Source of the DNA: Bdellovibrionales bacterium
GTDB taxonomy: Bacteria > Bdellovibrionota > Bdellovibrionia > Bdellovibrionales > JAGQZY01
Assembly: GCA_964230645.1 (NCBI GenBank)
Contig: CAXRHT010000001.1
Coordinates: forward strand, 288,001 to 352,000
Length of the DNA stretch: 64,000 nt
Reading direction: 5' to 3'
Part shown: positions 20,202 to 29,982 of the stretch, one piece after another
How positions within the stretch are numbered: the first letter of the stretch is position 1
Layout of the letters: each line of letters opens with the position of its first letter
Made by a program: the position numbers and the translations under genes
Notes under the pieces: generated by a model
The model's database searches: none
What the model saw: the letters and a program-made list of their open reading frames with translations, nothing else
Told to the model about the DNA's origin: nothing

Positions 20202-21543
20202 AATGAGCCCCCACGAAACATCGATCATTATTAAGATATGTACTCATAAAATCCTGGGCTACAATGGTTTCCTCATTGCCACCAAAAAAATCACACTTAC
20301 TGAAAGCTTCAATACCTTTGTGGATAGACCAGCGGATATCGGCACTAATCCAACTGTTATCACGCACTAAACTCTGGTTATAGGACACACTCGTTCGCAC
20401 AAGGTAGAGACTTTTTGACCGAAACATAAGACCCATCCAGCGAACTCGAAAAGCCTCATCAAAGCGGTTCCTCTTTGCAAAAGCAGAAATTTGAGATCCA
20501 TTGGTGTTACCGGCTAACTCATTGGGTTCTCGGTCTGTGCGGATGTATCCAAGAGAGAGTTTATGAGCCTTTGTCAGTCGAATAATTTGAGTGAGGGAAT
20601 AAATGTCTTGCTCAGGGATTACCGGATAGAGGCTTCCTTCTGGCGCGTCGTAACGGACATCGGATTCATGCATATATGACAAGACTGTTTTTGCTGATTT
20701 AAAATTCCAACCGATATCAGCTCCGTAAACAGTATGCCTTGGCACTCTCGGATAAACGGTGATGTCCCCGTTTTGGGTGCTCAGGTTAAGTTGTCCGGTG
20801 AAGGGTAAAACCAAATCATTTCGTGGTTTATCCATGATAAAAAGATTAAACAGACTGTCTTTTTTGTTTCTTGGAGTGCTGATTTGAGCCGCAAAGGTGT
20901 CCTGCCTAATGACGTCTTGAGCCTTGGGCAAATCAATTTGATAGTTAAGATCCACTTTTCTTCCTGAAAAGTTAATCACTTCTACAGGCTCACTAAACCA
21001 AGGGTTTGTTGCTGTCAGATTTCCGTTGATCAGTTCGTAAGAGGGGCCTTGAGAAGGTATAAACAAAGGCGAATAAAGGGCTGTGAACTCAAGCTTATTT
21101 TTTATGAGCGGAATGGTTCCGAAAAGCCCCACCAACCCTTGTATCTCTGGGCGAGCCTCATCCCAACGAAAATTAGGTTGGGTTAGTCCCATGTTCCAGT
21201 AATCATCAGAAAAAGACCACGGATGAATGGCGCGACCAATAGTAAAATAGGCCTCACCTTTTTGGCCGATACGATAGAAAAACTGTGGAGCCTTGATGTA
21301 AGAAGCGGCATTTTCGCCAACAAGGCCTCCCGCTCCTACGTCAAACCATAGCTTAGAATTGGACCATTTGTTTTGGATCAATAAATTGACAAAGCCCTGA
21401 CCATTATTGGCACTCTCTCTAGTAAAATAGAAATCTCCACCGATTCCCACATCTACAATAGAGCCAAACTCGCCATATATTGTCTGTGAAAACAGAGAAA
21501 AAAGCACGATTGCGCAAAAAGATCGAAAACCAAGCGGCTTCAT
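20191..21543 (-). CDS. Putative outer-membrane beta-barrel protein
   Basis: Signal peptide, beta-rich sequence and C-terminal ...GAHYAF (BAM-type terminal Phe). Confidence 0.6.
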   Translation of the reverse strand: MKPLGFRSFCAIVLFSLFSQTIYGEFGSIVDVGIGGDFYFTRESANNGQGFVNLLIQNKWSNSKLWFDVGAGGLVGENAASYIKAPQFFYRIGQKGEAYFTIGRAIHPWSFSDDYWNMGLTQPNFRWDEARPEIQGLVGLFGTIPLIKNKLEFTALYSPLFIPSQGPSYELINGNLTATNPWFSEPVEVINFSGRKVDLNYQIDLPKAQDVIRQDTFAAQISTPRNKKDSLFNLFIMDKPRNDLVLPFTGQLNLSTQNGDITVYPRVPRHTVYGADIGWNFKSAKTVLSYMHESDVRYDAPEGSLYPVIPEQDIYSLTQIIRLTKAHKLSLGYIRTDREPNELAGNTNGSQISAFAKRNRFDEAFRVRWMGLMFRSKSLYLVRTSVSYNQSLVRDNSWISADIRWSIHKGIEAFSKCDFFGGNEETIVAQDFMSTYLNNDRCFVGAHYAF

Positions 21544-21726
21544 CTTCGCCCAAATCCTTCTAAACTGCTGAATTCTCAATAAAAAAGTCATACGCCCTAT
21601 TAATGTGCGAGAACCGTTCCACTCAGCCCCCCGTTATTTTGTTCTCAAAATCGAACACATTTAGAAAGTGTCTAAACTTTTGACAATAAATTTTGCCTGT
21701 CGATTTTCTAAACCTCATTAAAAACT

Positions 21727-21764
21727 AAAAAAGGGACACGGCACTGTCAGTGTTGTGTCCCTTT
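21727..21764 (-). terminator. Intrinsic terminator
   Basis: The minus strand has an AAAGGGACAC...GTGTCCCTTT stem followed by a T run, just after the 21787 stop. Confidence 0.75.
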
Positions 21765-21786
21765 GATGTTCAATTTCTTATAAAAC

Positions 21787-22512
21787 TTAGAGGAAAAAGC
21801 GCACTCTCACGCGAAGCCTAGAGGTTTGGTTTCTTCTGTGATGGTGAGTGGTGTATCCCCAACCATGCTGCCAGCTATAGTTCCAGCGACGGCTAACGGG
21901 ACGGTAACAGCGACCTCTTCGGTAGATGTAACGATAGGTACAACGCTGAAACCCATAAAAACGGTGACGAGCCGGCGTGAAAGGACGTCGCTGCCAACGG
22001 TGACGGTAGTTATTCGGTCTCCAGCCATCGCGGTCATGATGACGACGGCGGAAGCGACGATGATCACGGTCTCTGTCACGGCCACGATCGCGATCTCTAA
22101 AATCTCTGTCTCCACGGCGACGATCGCGGTCTCTAAAGTCGCGATCACGATCTCCTCCGCGGCGACGGTCATCACCAAAGCGATCTCTATGATCTTGCTC
22201 GGAAAGAAAAGCCGAAGAGTTTTCTACGGATTCAAAATCAATTTCATCATCTAATTCAAATTGGGAAATATCAGTCCACTCAGCATTCTCGGCCGCTAAT
22301 TGCGCTTGCTCAGGGGTATCAAATTGCCCCTCAAGAATAGCCACTTCTGTCATGCCTTCTTGCTCAGTGCCATCCACATCTTCGAAAGTTCGAACGGCTA
22401 ACACAGCTCCTTCTTCCAAGGTGTTTGCTGCATCTGAATCTTGCTTCCCCCCACAGGCAGCCAAAGTCACTAAACCCGAAAGTAATAGAGTTATCTTTTT
22501 AAGGTTGTTCAT
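21787..22512 (-). CDS. Lipoprotein with an acidic N-half and an Arg/Asp-repeat, Arg/aromatic-rich C-half
   Basis: Lipobox LAAC, AAGGAG RBS, RDRD repeats and its own terminator. Confidence 0.7.
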   Translation of the reverse strand: MNNLKKITLLLSGLVTLAACGGKQDSDAANTLEEGAVLAVRTFEDVDGTEQEGMTEVAILEGQFDTPEQAQLAAENAEWTDISQFELDDEIDFESVENSSAFLSEQDHRDRFGDDRRRGGDRDRDFRDRDRRRGDRDFRDRDRGRDRDRDHRRFRRRHHDRDGWRPNNYRHRWQRRPFTPARHRFYGFQRCTYRYIYRRGRCYRPVSRRWNYSWQHGWGYTTHHHRRNQTSRLRVRVRFFL

Positions 22513-22709
22513 AATCACTCCTTTGTTTGCAAAATCAGCTCTATCTTCGGCAAAAGGGCGCAACAACGCTTTTCTCGGAGGTATGTATTCTTTACAAACT
22601 ATCATTCTTCTATTTTCTCAACACAGCGCACTAAGTGCCTATGCTAAAAACTTAAGCATTGACTGATTCCATTACTTTCCGGAGGATTTTTCGCCAGTGG
22701 ACTAAAACA

Positions 22710-22883
22710 TGTTGTCTTGAGTGACCTGTCGCCTTGAGCGCTCTGTAGCCTAGAGTGCTCTGTCGTCTTGAGCTAAGCGAAAGACCTAAGATCCTTCGCT
22801 ACGCTCAGGATGACAGAGACGCCACACTTGGGATGACAAAGACGCTGCGCTTAGGATGACAAAGACGATTTATTCAAGATGAC
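22710..22883. repeat. REP-like hairpin cluster 3
   Basis: Three 17-bp degenerate copies, the inverted doublet at 22762-22787 / 22789-22814, then three 23-bp copies ending GATGAC. Confidence 0.88.
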
Positions 22884-22892
22884 TTTCTGATT

Positions 22893-23582
22893 TTATGAAG
22901 ACGGGAGAACATCCGAGATGATGCTCTTTGCTCCCCTCTGGAGATAGGTTTTGGCTTTTTCTGTATCGTTGACTGTCCAAACCATAAGAGGCTTTCCAAA
23001 AGTGAGTAAGCGTTCACGAGTCACCTTGTGATCAATCAACTTATAGGAACAGTTAATATAATCGGGCTTACCAAGGGCCATAGAAATACGAAAGCTCGAA
23101 GCCATAAGCGCTTTGGGGTCTCCAATAATTTGAGCTCGAGTAATTTCTGGGAGAAAACGCTTGGCCCAATAAAGCACCATGGGATTAAAAGAAGAGATCA
23201 TAACTTTCTTACTGGTTTTGGACCCGGCAATAACTTTACAAACTCTCCTGGTTAAACCTAGACAAAGCAAATCGATGCTTTTGATCTCTATGTTCACAGC
23301 CTTTGGAACTCGTTTGTTTTTTAAGACATCTATGAGTGTGGGAATATTTAAACCGGAAAGCTCTTCACTTTTTAGGCGGGTCACTCTTTTATCAATATGA
23401 AAAAAGCGCTTTAAAGTCCAATCGTGATAGACATGGGGAATGCCGTCGAGACTCACCTGCACATCAAATTCCACCATGTCGATACCTTGCTCGAAGGCTT
23501 TTTCAAAAGCCTCCATGGTGTTCTCACGCACACCACTTTTCCAATAGCCTCGATGCATTTGCCATTTTGGAAAGCTCATCAA
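22893..23582 (-). CDS. Glycerophosphodiester phosphodiesterase
   Basis: Motifs HRG, RENTMEAF, EFDV, HD, NIEIK, ISSFNP, VWTVN and IISD. Confidence 0.9.
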   Translation of the reverse strand: MMSFPKWQMHRGYWKSGVRENTMEAFEKAFEQGIDMVEFDVQVSLDGIPHVYHDWTLKRFFHIDKRVTRLKSEELSGLNIPTLIDVLKNKRVPKAVNIEIKSIDLLCLGLTRRVCKVIAGSKTSKKVMISSFNPMVLYWAKRFLPEITRAQIIGDPKALMASSFRISMALGKPDYINCSYKLIDHKVTRERLLTFGKPLMVWTVNDTEKAKTYLQRGAKSIISDVLPSS

Positions 23583-25684
23583 GCCCCTTTAGTAGCTGGT
23601 GCTTTGGAGGGTCTCGAGCTACTCTTGGGAAGAGTTTCCTCCGAAAAAGGTTCAAGGCTTATATCGGCGTGTTCTTCAACAAATTGGGGGTGCTCTTGTA
23701 GCCAATCACGCACCCAGGCTGTTTTAGGATGCCAGCGTCCCTCGAAAAAGGGCCCCTTGAAGTCCCAGCGTAGGTATTTCCCATCTTCTGGTCGATCCCA
23801 CTGCAACCAAGCTACAACCTGACGATCGCGATTTCTCTGCCCTTCACTGGAAAGTTGCCATCCATTCTTTAGGCGAGCGTAGCCTCTTTTCCATTCAACT
23901 TTACGAGATTCAAAGATTGTAAGTCGAGTGGAGAGTTCCCGGAACTCCACATTTTCTCCTTGCCAGTCTTTATCAAGATGAGTGGGCCGCACCCACTTGA
24001 GGAAAGGGGTTTCCTTTTTCAAATAGCCCTCTGAGATATTAACTTGCACCTGGGAGGTGTCCTGATCCCTCTTCTCACCCTTCACCTTAAGATTTTTAAA
24101 TACATAGTCATCAGACTTCAGTTCGGGAGTTGCCAGAAGAGCCGACCATTCATTGATCTCACCTTCCGAGATTTCAAATTTTCCATAGACTCTGAGTTGA
24201 GCCGGCCGGGATTTAAGCATGAGTTTATAGATTCTATCGTTGAGCAAAAGTTGATGAATAGCGATACGGCCCTTGGCTTTTTCCTCTTCCCCTTCAAGCT
24301 CCATCTGAATATCGCCCGTAAATTGCCCCTCTTCCAACTCCACATCATTTATTTTAGCTTTCCAAGATTTGGGACGTCCCTGAATTTCAAAAGGGAGCTT
24401 TTTTAACTTTTGGACATCTCGCAAATTGTTGTTGGAAAATAAAATCTGTGAGTTTTCCAGGTGGCCTTTTATTTTGTATAACTTGTCTTTGAGTAAGACC
24501 TGACCGGACAAAATCCCAAACTCAGCTAAGACTCCTGAAAAAAGAAGATCTCTTTTTTCCTTCATGATCTCATCGAGATCGAGCTTGTTCACTTCAATTT
24601 CAAATTGCCTTTGATCCTTAAAAGACGCCTGCCAATTTTTGATCTGGATTTCTCCATAAGGTCCATTGAGTTCACAAAGTCCAAACTCCCAATCCTTTTC
24701 TTTCGCTTTCTGCCATGGACTTTCTAGACGGCCGGAACAACTCGCCCACAAATAACTCAATTTCATATCAGAATCGAGGAGCTCGGAGAAGGCCGAAACT
24801 GGGAGTCGATTCATATCAAAGCTTATCGATAGCGGCCAATCTTTCTTTCTTTGAAGTCTGGACTTAACTTGGAAACGCCCCTCTCTAATTTTATTTTTCA
24901 ACTCCAATGAAATCTCTTCGTCATTAACTAGCAAACGTCCGGAGGTATAGAGGGAATCAAGATCGGCACCCTTGTAAGATAATTGATCCACCGCAAATTT
25001 AATCTTCAACTCCTGTTCCTTTTTAGCCTCAAATTTCCCCGCCATAAAAAGCTTCTCGTTGACGTCTATGTATTCATTCCATCGAACCTCAGCGATTGCT
25101 ATTTTTCGAACAGGAATCTTTTTAATTTCAGGCCATAGGTTTTTATAGAAATTTTGGACCTTTTCTGTCTGAAATAGATCTCCCTCTTTTTCTTGGGAGC
25201 GCTGTTTTCTTTCTGCCTTTTTCTTTCCCTTAGGAGAGTCAATGTCGTTTTTCGCAACAGTCTCCCTGGAGGCTTCACAAACTTGGTAGTGACTTCCCTC
25301 TAGAAGTTTGACCTCAATACGCCCGGGCTCAAATTTCCCTTGAATCATCTTTAGAAAATCAAAAACAACAAGAAAGCTCTGGATCTTCAGTGAGTTACTT
25401 GCACAATTCTTATCACTTAACTCGATTCGAGGAACATGAATAGCAACAACCGGAATCCACCCTGAATGGAACTGGAAGTAAGCCTCATTCACTTCAAGCT
25501 CATAACCCTCTGGACTATCGAGTTGGCTCGCTATTTTCTCTTGTAAAGGAATACTGGCAATAAGGACGCGAGTGGATAGACCACAGAATAGAACCACTCC
25601 AAAAATGATAAAAAACCTTAAAAGGGATTTTCGAAAGGCGATTTCTTGTTTCTGTCGTGATCGGGGGCGGTCGCGTCGAGCCAT
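23579..25684 (-). CDS. Hypothetical membrane-anchored beta-rich protein (possibly AsmA-like)
   Basis: Single N-terminal TM followed by a long alternating beta-strand pattern. The family call is tentative. Confidence 0.5.
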   Translation of the reverse strand: MARRDRPRSRQKQEIAFRKSLLRFFIIFGVVLFCGLSTRVLIASIPLQEKIASQLDSPEGYELEVNEAYFQFHSGWIPVVAIHVPRIELSDKNCASNSLKIQSFLVVFDFLKMIQGKFEPGRIEVKLLEGSHYQVCEASRETVAKNDIDSPKGKKKAERKQRSQEKEGDLFQTEKVQNFYKNLWPEIKKIPVRKIAIAEVRWNEYIDVNEKLFMAGKFEAKKEQELKIKFAVDQLSYKGADLDSLYTSGRLLVNDEEISLELKNKIREGRFQVKSRLQRKKDWPLSISFDMNRLPVSAFSELLDSDMKLSYLWASCSGRLESPWQKAKEKDWEFGLCELNGPYGEIQIKNWQASFKDQRQFEIEVNKLDLDEIMKEKRDLLFSGVLAEFGILSGQVLLKDKLYKIKGHLENSQILFSNNNLRDVQKLKKLPFEIQGRPKSWKAKINDVELEEGQFTGDIQMELEGEEEKAKGRIAIHQLLLNDRIYKLMLKSRPAQLRVYGKFEISEGEINEWSALLATPELKSDDYVFKNLKVKGEKRDQDTSQVQVNISEGYLKKETPFLKWVRPTHLDKDWQGENVEFRELSTRLTIFESRKVEWKRGYARLKNGWQLSSEGQRNRDRQVVAWLQWDRPEDGKYLRWDFKGPFFEGRWHPKTAWVRDWLQEHPQFVEEHADISLEPFSEETLPKSSSRPSKAPATKGA

Positions 25685-25703
25685 TCCCCCACTTTAAGGA
25701 GTC

Positions 25704-26180
25704 TTATTCAAAAATCAATTCTAAAATTTCATATTCTTTTTCGCCACGAGGACTCGCAACGGTGGCAATATCTCCCACTTTTTTGCCGATCAGAGCGCGA
25801 GCGATTGGAGAAAGGATGGAGATGTATCCGTTTTTAACATCGGCTTCATCAACTCCTACGATCTGATAGGTCACCTCATCTTCAGTGTCGAGATCCATCA
25901 TTTTCACTTTGGCACCAAAGACGACTTTCTCACCACTTAAAGTGGAGGGGTCAACGATCTCCGCTCCCGCCAGTTTACTTTGAATATCTTGGATACGACC
26001 TTCTACGAGAGCTTGCTTTTCTTTAGCTGCGTCATATTCGGCGTTTTCGCTGAGGTCCCCGTGAGAGCGCGCCTCTTCAATTTGTTTGATCACTTCTGGT
26101 CGCTCCACATGAATCAGCTTTTTAAGCTCCTCGTCTAGTAACTTTTTGCCTCGAACCGTCAAAGGTAATGTGGTCGACAT
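25704..26180 (-). CDS. greA: Transcription elongation factor GreA
   Basis: Motifs ARSHGDLSENAEYDAAKE and ISILSPIARALIGK. Confidence 0.96.
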   Translation of the reverse strand: MSTTLPLTVRGKKLLDEELKKLIHVERPEVIKQIEEARSHGDLSENAEYDAAKEKQALVEGRIQDIQSKLAGAEIVDPSTLSGEKVVFGAKVKMMDLDTEDEVTYQIVGVDEADVKNGYISILSPIARALIGKKVGDIATVASPRGEKEYEILELIFE

Positions 26181-26469
26181 AATCAAACTCCTTCCACTAT
26201 TGGAAATAAATTGAAATTCCGTTTATAACGAAAGAGTTTAATCCTAGCAATGATTTATAGAAATTATTATAGTATTAGTAGGTCAATTGGCCCTAGCGTT
26301 GACTGATTTTCTTGAGAGAGCAGGTGAAGCCCTTAGAGCAGCGAGGACTTTGCTTAAAACCGGCTCAGCCCTATTATCGAGGCTCGGCTCTGGTTTACGA
26401 TTTTCGCCCATTTGAGAAAGTATGGGGGCCACTAGAAATGCGAGCATTGGAATAACGAGAGGTCCTGTC

Positions 26470-27828
26470 ATGAAGCTGAATCCAACCAATAAGGCCATTT
26501 TAAAAAGGTTACTGGTTGGTCGCAATTCTCGTCCACTGAAATCCATCATCCAAAGAGTGGAGCCCGCCGACCTTGCCTCCTACCTCACTCAGCTTTCTAA
26601 ACTGGAAAAACGTCGGCTCATTGAGGCACTTGCCACTGTTCAAAAAGCGGGCACAGTTTTAGAACAACTGCCTGAAGCTCAACTTCCCGACCTACTGGCT
26701 GGTATTGATGATGAAAAACTCTCGCGCATTATAAAACACAGCTCAATCAGCGAAGGCTCTTATCTTCTCCAGTTTATAGACTCTGAGCGTCACAACCCGC
26801 TCCTGATTAATCTCACTGCGGATCACAAGGAAAAACTCCTGCAGTTTCTAAACTTCCCTGAGGATTCCGCCGGCCGCATAATGGATTCCCATTTTTTTAC
26901 CATGTCTTCAGAACTGACCGCCCGGCAAGGCCTCGAGTTGTTAAGGCAAAAATCCAAAGAGGAGAGCATTTACTACATTTATTGTGTAGAGGACGATCAG
27001 CGTCTTACTGGAGTGGTCTCACTCAGAGACCTTGCCACCTGTGATCCCGATAAGCCCATCATGGAACTCACAAAAAAAGATATCGTTACAGTTCAACCTG
27101 AAATGCCGGAAGAACGTGTTGCTCAACTTGTGAGTCACTACGATTTCGTCGCTCTCCCGGTAGTGGACGATCAGGGTCGCATTATTGGGATCATCACAGT
27201 CGACGATGTTCTCGATATTATCGAAGAGCAAGCGACCGCGGGAATTTACGCAAGTGCTGGTCTACAGGAAAGTGACCGGGTTTACTCCCCACTTTCTCAA
27301 AAAATCATTAGTCGCACCCCCTGGATGATTTTAAATTTGGTATTGGCGGGGACCGCAAGTTTCGTTCTTCACCTCTTTGAAGGGGTGCTCGGTGAGCTAG
27401 TGATTCTTGCTGTCACAAAAAATATTGTCACTAGCACAAGTGGAAACGCCGCTATCCAAACCCTAACCGTGACCACTCGCGGACTGGCCGTTGATGATTT
27501 TCAGTACATTACTAAAAAAATGGTAATGATTCGTGAAACTCTCGTGGGCATGACCTTGGGCTTGATCACAGGATCTCTGGCTGGCCTAGCTATTTTTATA
27601 TTAAAAAGTGACCTTGGTTACAGTTTTTTTGTGGGCTTAATTATGTTCACCTCTATGGTTGCCACTTCAGTAGTAGCCTGTGTGGCCGGGGTGGGTGTTC
27701 CCATAATCATTAAGCAAGTAGGAAAAGATCCCGCTGTGGGCAGTGGTGTGATCGTAACAGTGATCACCGATATCTTTGGATTCTTTTCTTTCCTTGGACT
27801 GGCTGTACTTGCAATGCCCTACTTTTAA
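26470..27828 (+). CDS. mgtE: Magnesium transporter MgtE
   Basis: EDSAGRIM, a CBS pair, GIITVDD, GNAAIQ and DPAVGSGVIVTVITDIFGF. Start MKLNP with a GAGG RBS. Confidence 0.92.
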   Translation: MKLNPTNKAILKRLLVGRNSRPLKSIIQRVEPADLASYLTQLSKLEKRRLIEALATVQKAGTVLEQLPEAQLPDLLAGIDDEKLSRIIKHSSISEGSYLLQFIDSERHNPLLINLTADHKEKLLQFLNFPEDSAGRIMDSHFFTMSSELTARQGLELLRQKSKEESIYYIYCVEDDQRLTGVVSLRDLATCDPDKPIMELTKKDIVTVQPEMPEERVAQLVSHYDFVALPVVDDQGRIIGIITVDDVLDIIEEQATAGIYASAGLQESDRVYSPLSQKIISRTPWMILNLVLAGTASFVLHLFEGVLGELVILAVTKNIVTSTSGNAAIQTLTVTTRGLAVDDFQYITKKMVMIRETLVGMTLGLITGSLAGLAIFILKSDLGYSFFVGLIMFTSMVATSVVACVAGVGVPIIIKQVGKDPAVGSGVIVTVITDIFGFFSFLGLAVLAMPYF

Positions 27829-27982
27829 TCCGAACGACCAGGACCCAATAAGCCTTCCGATCGGCAAATAAGGGACTTAAGACTGCGCGAAACCGACACA
27901 CTCAAAACCCAAAGTTTTTTGCCTAAGTCTGGGATTTAATTTAGCATTGTCTACTCCCTAAAGGCTCATGTATCCTGAAACT

Positions 27983-28972
27983 ATGTCAGAATCCGTAGCC
28001 GATAAAATCCGCCGATCCAACAGCATTTTACTTACCACTCACAGACAGTGTGATGGCGATGGTCTAGGTTCAGAATTAGCGATTTACCATGCATTGAAAA
28101 AAATCGGCAAAGAGGTTCGTATTTTGAATGTGGATGGCACTCCTAAAAAGTATGACTACCTCTCCCCGGATGAACACATCCAATACTACGATGGTGATTT
28201 TGATCCCATCGCAAATCCCGATTTGGCTTTGATTTTTGACACCAACGATCGCCGCCTCATTGAACCTCTTTATGAAGAATTAGAACAAAAGTGCAAAGAA
28301 ATTGTCTTCGTTGACCACCATCCTGTTTTACAGGAAGGTCCCGCACCCACTAAAGACTCCGTGATCAACATTCGCGCAGCAAGTACAGGGGAGCTCGCCT
28401 ACGATATTATCGAAGAATTACAGATTCCCCTGGATAAAAAAATCGCCAGAGCTCTCTACACGAGTATCGTTTTTGACACACAACTCTTTCGCTATGTGCG
28501 CAACTCGCCACGCTCCCACGAAGTGGCCATCGAGCTTCTCAAATATGAAAATGAACCAGCCGAAGTTCATCGTAAACTTTTTGGAAATTTCACTGCACCA
28601 AAACTTAAGTTTATTGCTCAGTCCCTAGCTGATGTGGACTTTTTTGACGATGAGAAATTAGCGATTCTATACATTAAAACCGATGACCTAAAAGAAATGG
28701 GTCTTGATATTGACGACAGTCGCGATTTAATCGATATGATCATGAACATTGAAAGTGTGCAGGCGGCTGCCGTGTTCAGAGAGGATTCTCCCGAGAATTT
28801 CAAACTCAGTCTTAGGAGCAAAGGCATCTTCCCAATTTTAGAGATTGCTGAAAACTTTGGTGGCGGAGGCCACCATTACGCCAGTGGCGCTTCCATTCAG
28901 GGCTCTATCAACAAACTGAAAGAACAGGTCCTTAAAGAAATGCGCGAGAAGCTCAATCGCAGTCTCTCTTAA
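27983..28972 (+). CDS. DHH/DHHA1 phosphoesterase (NrnA-like)
   Basis: Motifs H...DGDGLGS, VDHH, ASTGE, FDT, SLRS and GGGGHHYASG. Confidence 0.9.
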   Translation: MSESVADKIRRSNSILLTTHRQCDGDGLGSELAIYHALKKIGKEVRILNVDGTPKKYDYLSPDEHIQYYDGDFDPIANPDLALIFDTNDRRLIEPLYEELEQKCKEIVFVDHHPVLQEGPAPTKDSVINIRAASTGELAYDIIEELQIPLDKKIARALYTSIVFDTQLFRYVRNSPRSHEVAIELLKYENEPAEVHRKLFGNFTAPKLKFIAQSLADVDFFDDEKLAILYIKTDDLKEMGLDIDDSRDLIDMIMNIESVQAAAVFREDSPENFKLSLRSKGIFPILEIAENFGGGGHHYASGASIQGSINKLKEQVLKEMREKLNRSLS

Positions 28973-28993
28973 ATAACGCGAATTCAAAATTCA

Positions 28994-29437
28994 TTAAAAA
29001 AATGCTTTTAATTTTTCTCGCTTGGGTCGAGCTACGATAAAACCAACATAGGCAAATAAAACAAAGGGAATGGCCTTATAAGTATTGCGAGTAATAACGG
29101 AGAGAAGCACACCGTAAAGACCTAGAGTCTCAAGTAAAACAAACTGAAAAACATAGGCCACCAAGAGACTTTGTTTGCGATCTTTGACCGGCATCTTGAG
29201 CAAACTCTTTTTTCTGAGTGCCGTATAGTTTTTAAAGAAGAAAAGACCGAATAAAAAAGTCACCACTCCTAAAAAAATAAACACCCATTCTAATCGGGAG
29301 GTTGGCAAGGGCTCGCCTTTCACGAAAATCAACTGGCTCTGTACAAAAAATAAGGTGAGGGCCAGAGATAGCCCGACCCATAGATAAAAGGCCTGCCTGT
29401 GGGTGCTTTCAAAAATTTCCTGCTTGCGCTCGTCCAT
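28994..29437 (-). CDS. Hypothetical 4-TM membrane protein
   Basis: Four hydrophobic segments; start re-called at MDERK. Confidence 0.6.
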   Translation of the reverse strand: MDERKQEIFESTHRQAFYLWVGLSLALTLFFVQSQLIFVKGEPLPTSRLEWVFIFLGVVTFLFGLFFFKNYTALRKKSLLKMPVKDRKQSLLVAYVFQFVLLETLGLYGVLLSVITRNTYKAIPFVLFAYVGFIVARPKREKLKAFF

Positions 29438-29547
29438 GCTTATTTCATACCAATCCCCTTCTCTAAAGACAACGAGTCTTAAGCGAAAACAAACAAAGCC
29501 CCCCAAGCCAGTTCCCAAGACATCCTGAGCATGCTAAAATTGAACCT

Positions 29548-29982
29548 ATGGAAAAGAAAATTCTTCAATGGAATGAAGAGGGTCGCGAGAGCCTCCGCTT
29601 GGAATTTAAAATTAAAGAGGGCGCTATAGCCGAAATGGATATGAAAGCTGTGGGTTGCCTGGATTTCCTCAAACTCTGTCAGCAAATGAAAACGAAGCTG
29701 AAAGGACCCATTGTTGATCTTGCCGTACCGGAAGGCACTGATCACTCCTCAATGATTTGGCGAGAAATTATTTATCAATTAAAACAGGAGTGGCAAATCC
29801 CAGTGACAAGCACAGAGCTCTGCCATTGCCGACGAGTTCCCACCAAAGTCGTGGACCGATCCGTCGTTTATGGAGCTCACAGTATTGAAGAGGTCAGGAG
29901 TCAAACTTCAGCCAACACCGGCTGTGGTACCTGCCGTGAAGATGTTCTCTCAATTATCGGTAATAGGCTAAAACACTCATGA
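29548..29982 (+). CDS. BFD-like [2Fe-2S]-binding protein
   Basis: CHC...TSANTGCGTC motif. Confidence 0.75.
   Translation: MEKKILQWNEEGRESLRLEFKIKEGAIAEMDMKAVGCLDFLKLCQQMKTKLKGPIVDLAVPEGTDHSSMIWREIIYQLKQEWQIPVTSTELCHCRRVPTKVVDRSVVYGAHSIEEVRSQTSANTGCGTCREDVLSIIGNRLKHS

Noticed and set aside
21807..22254. V/T/A/I-rich alternative ORFs
   Set aside because: They are shadow frames of the RD-repeat lipoprotein, which has the RBS and lipobox.
26283..26549. 88-aa minus-strand ORF upstream of greA
   Set aside because: It is antisense to the mgtE start and leader, with no recognisable motif.
28972..28980. Recurring ATAACGCG in four intergenic regions (about 17210, 28973, 33961, 44309)
   Set aside because: An 8-mer found post hoc in inconsistent positions; compatible with chance.
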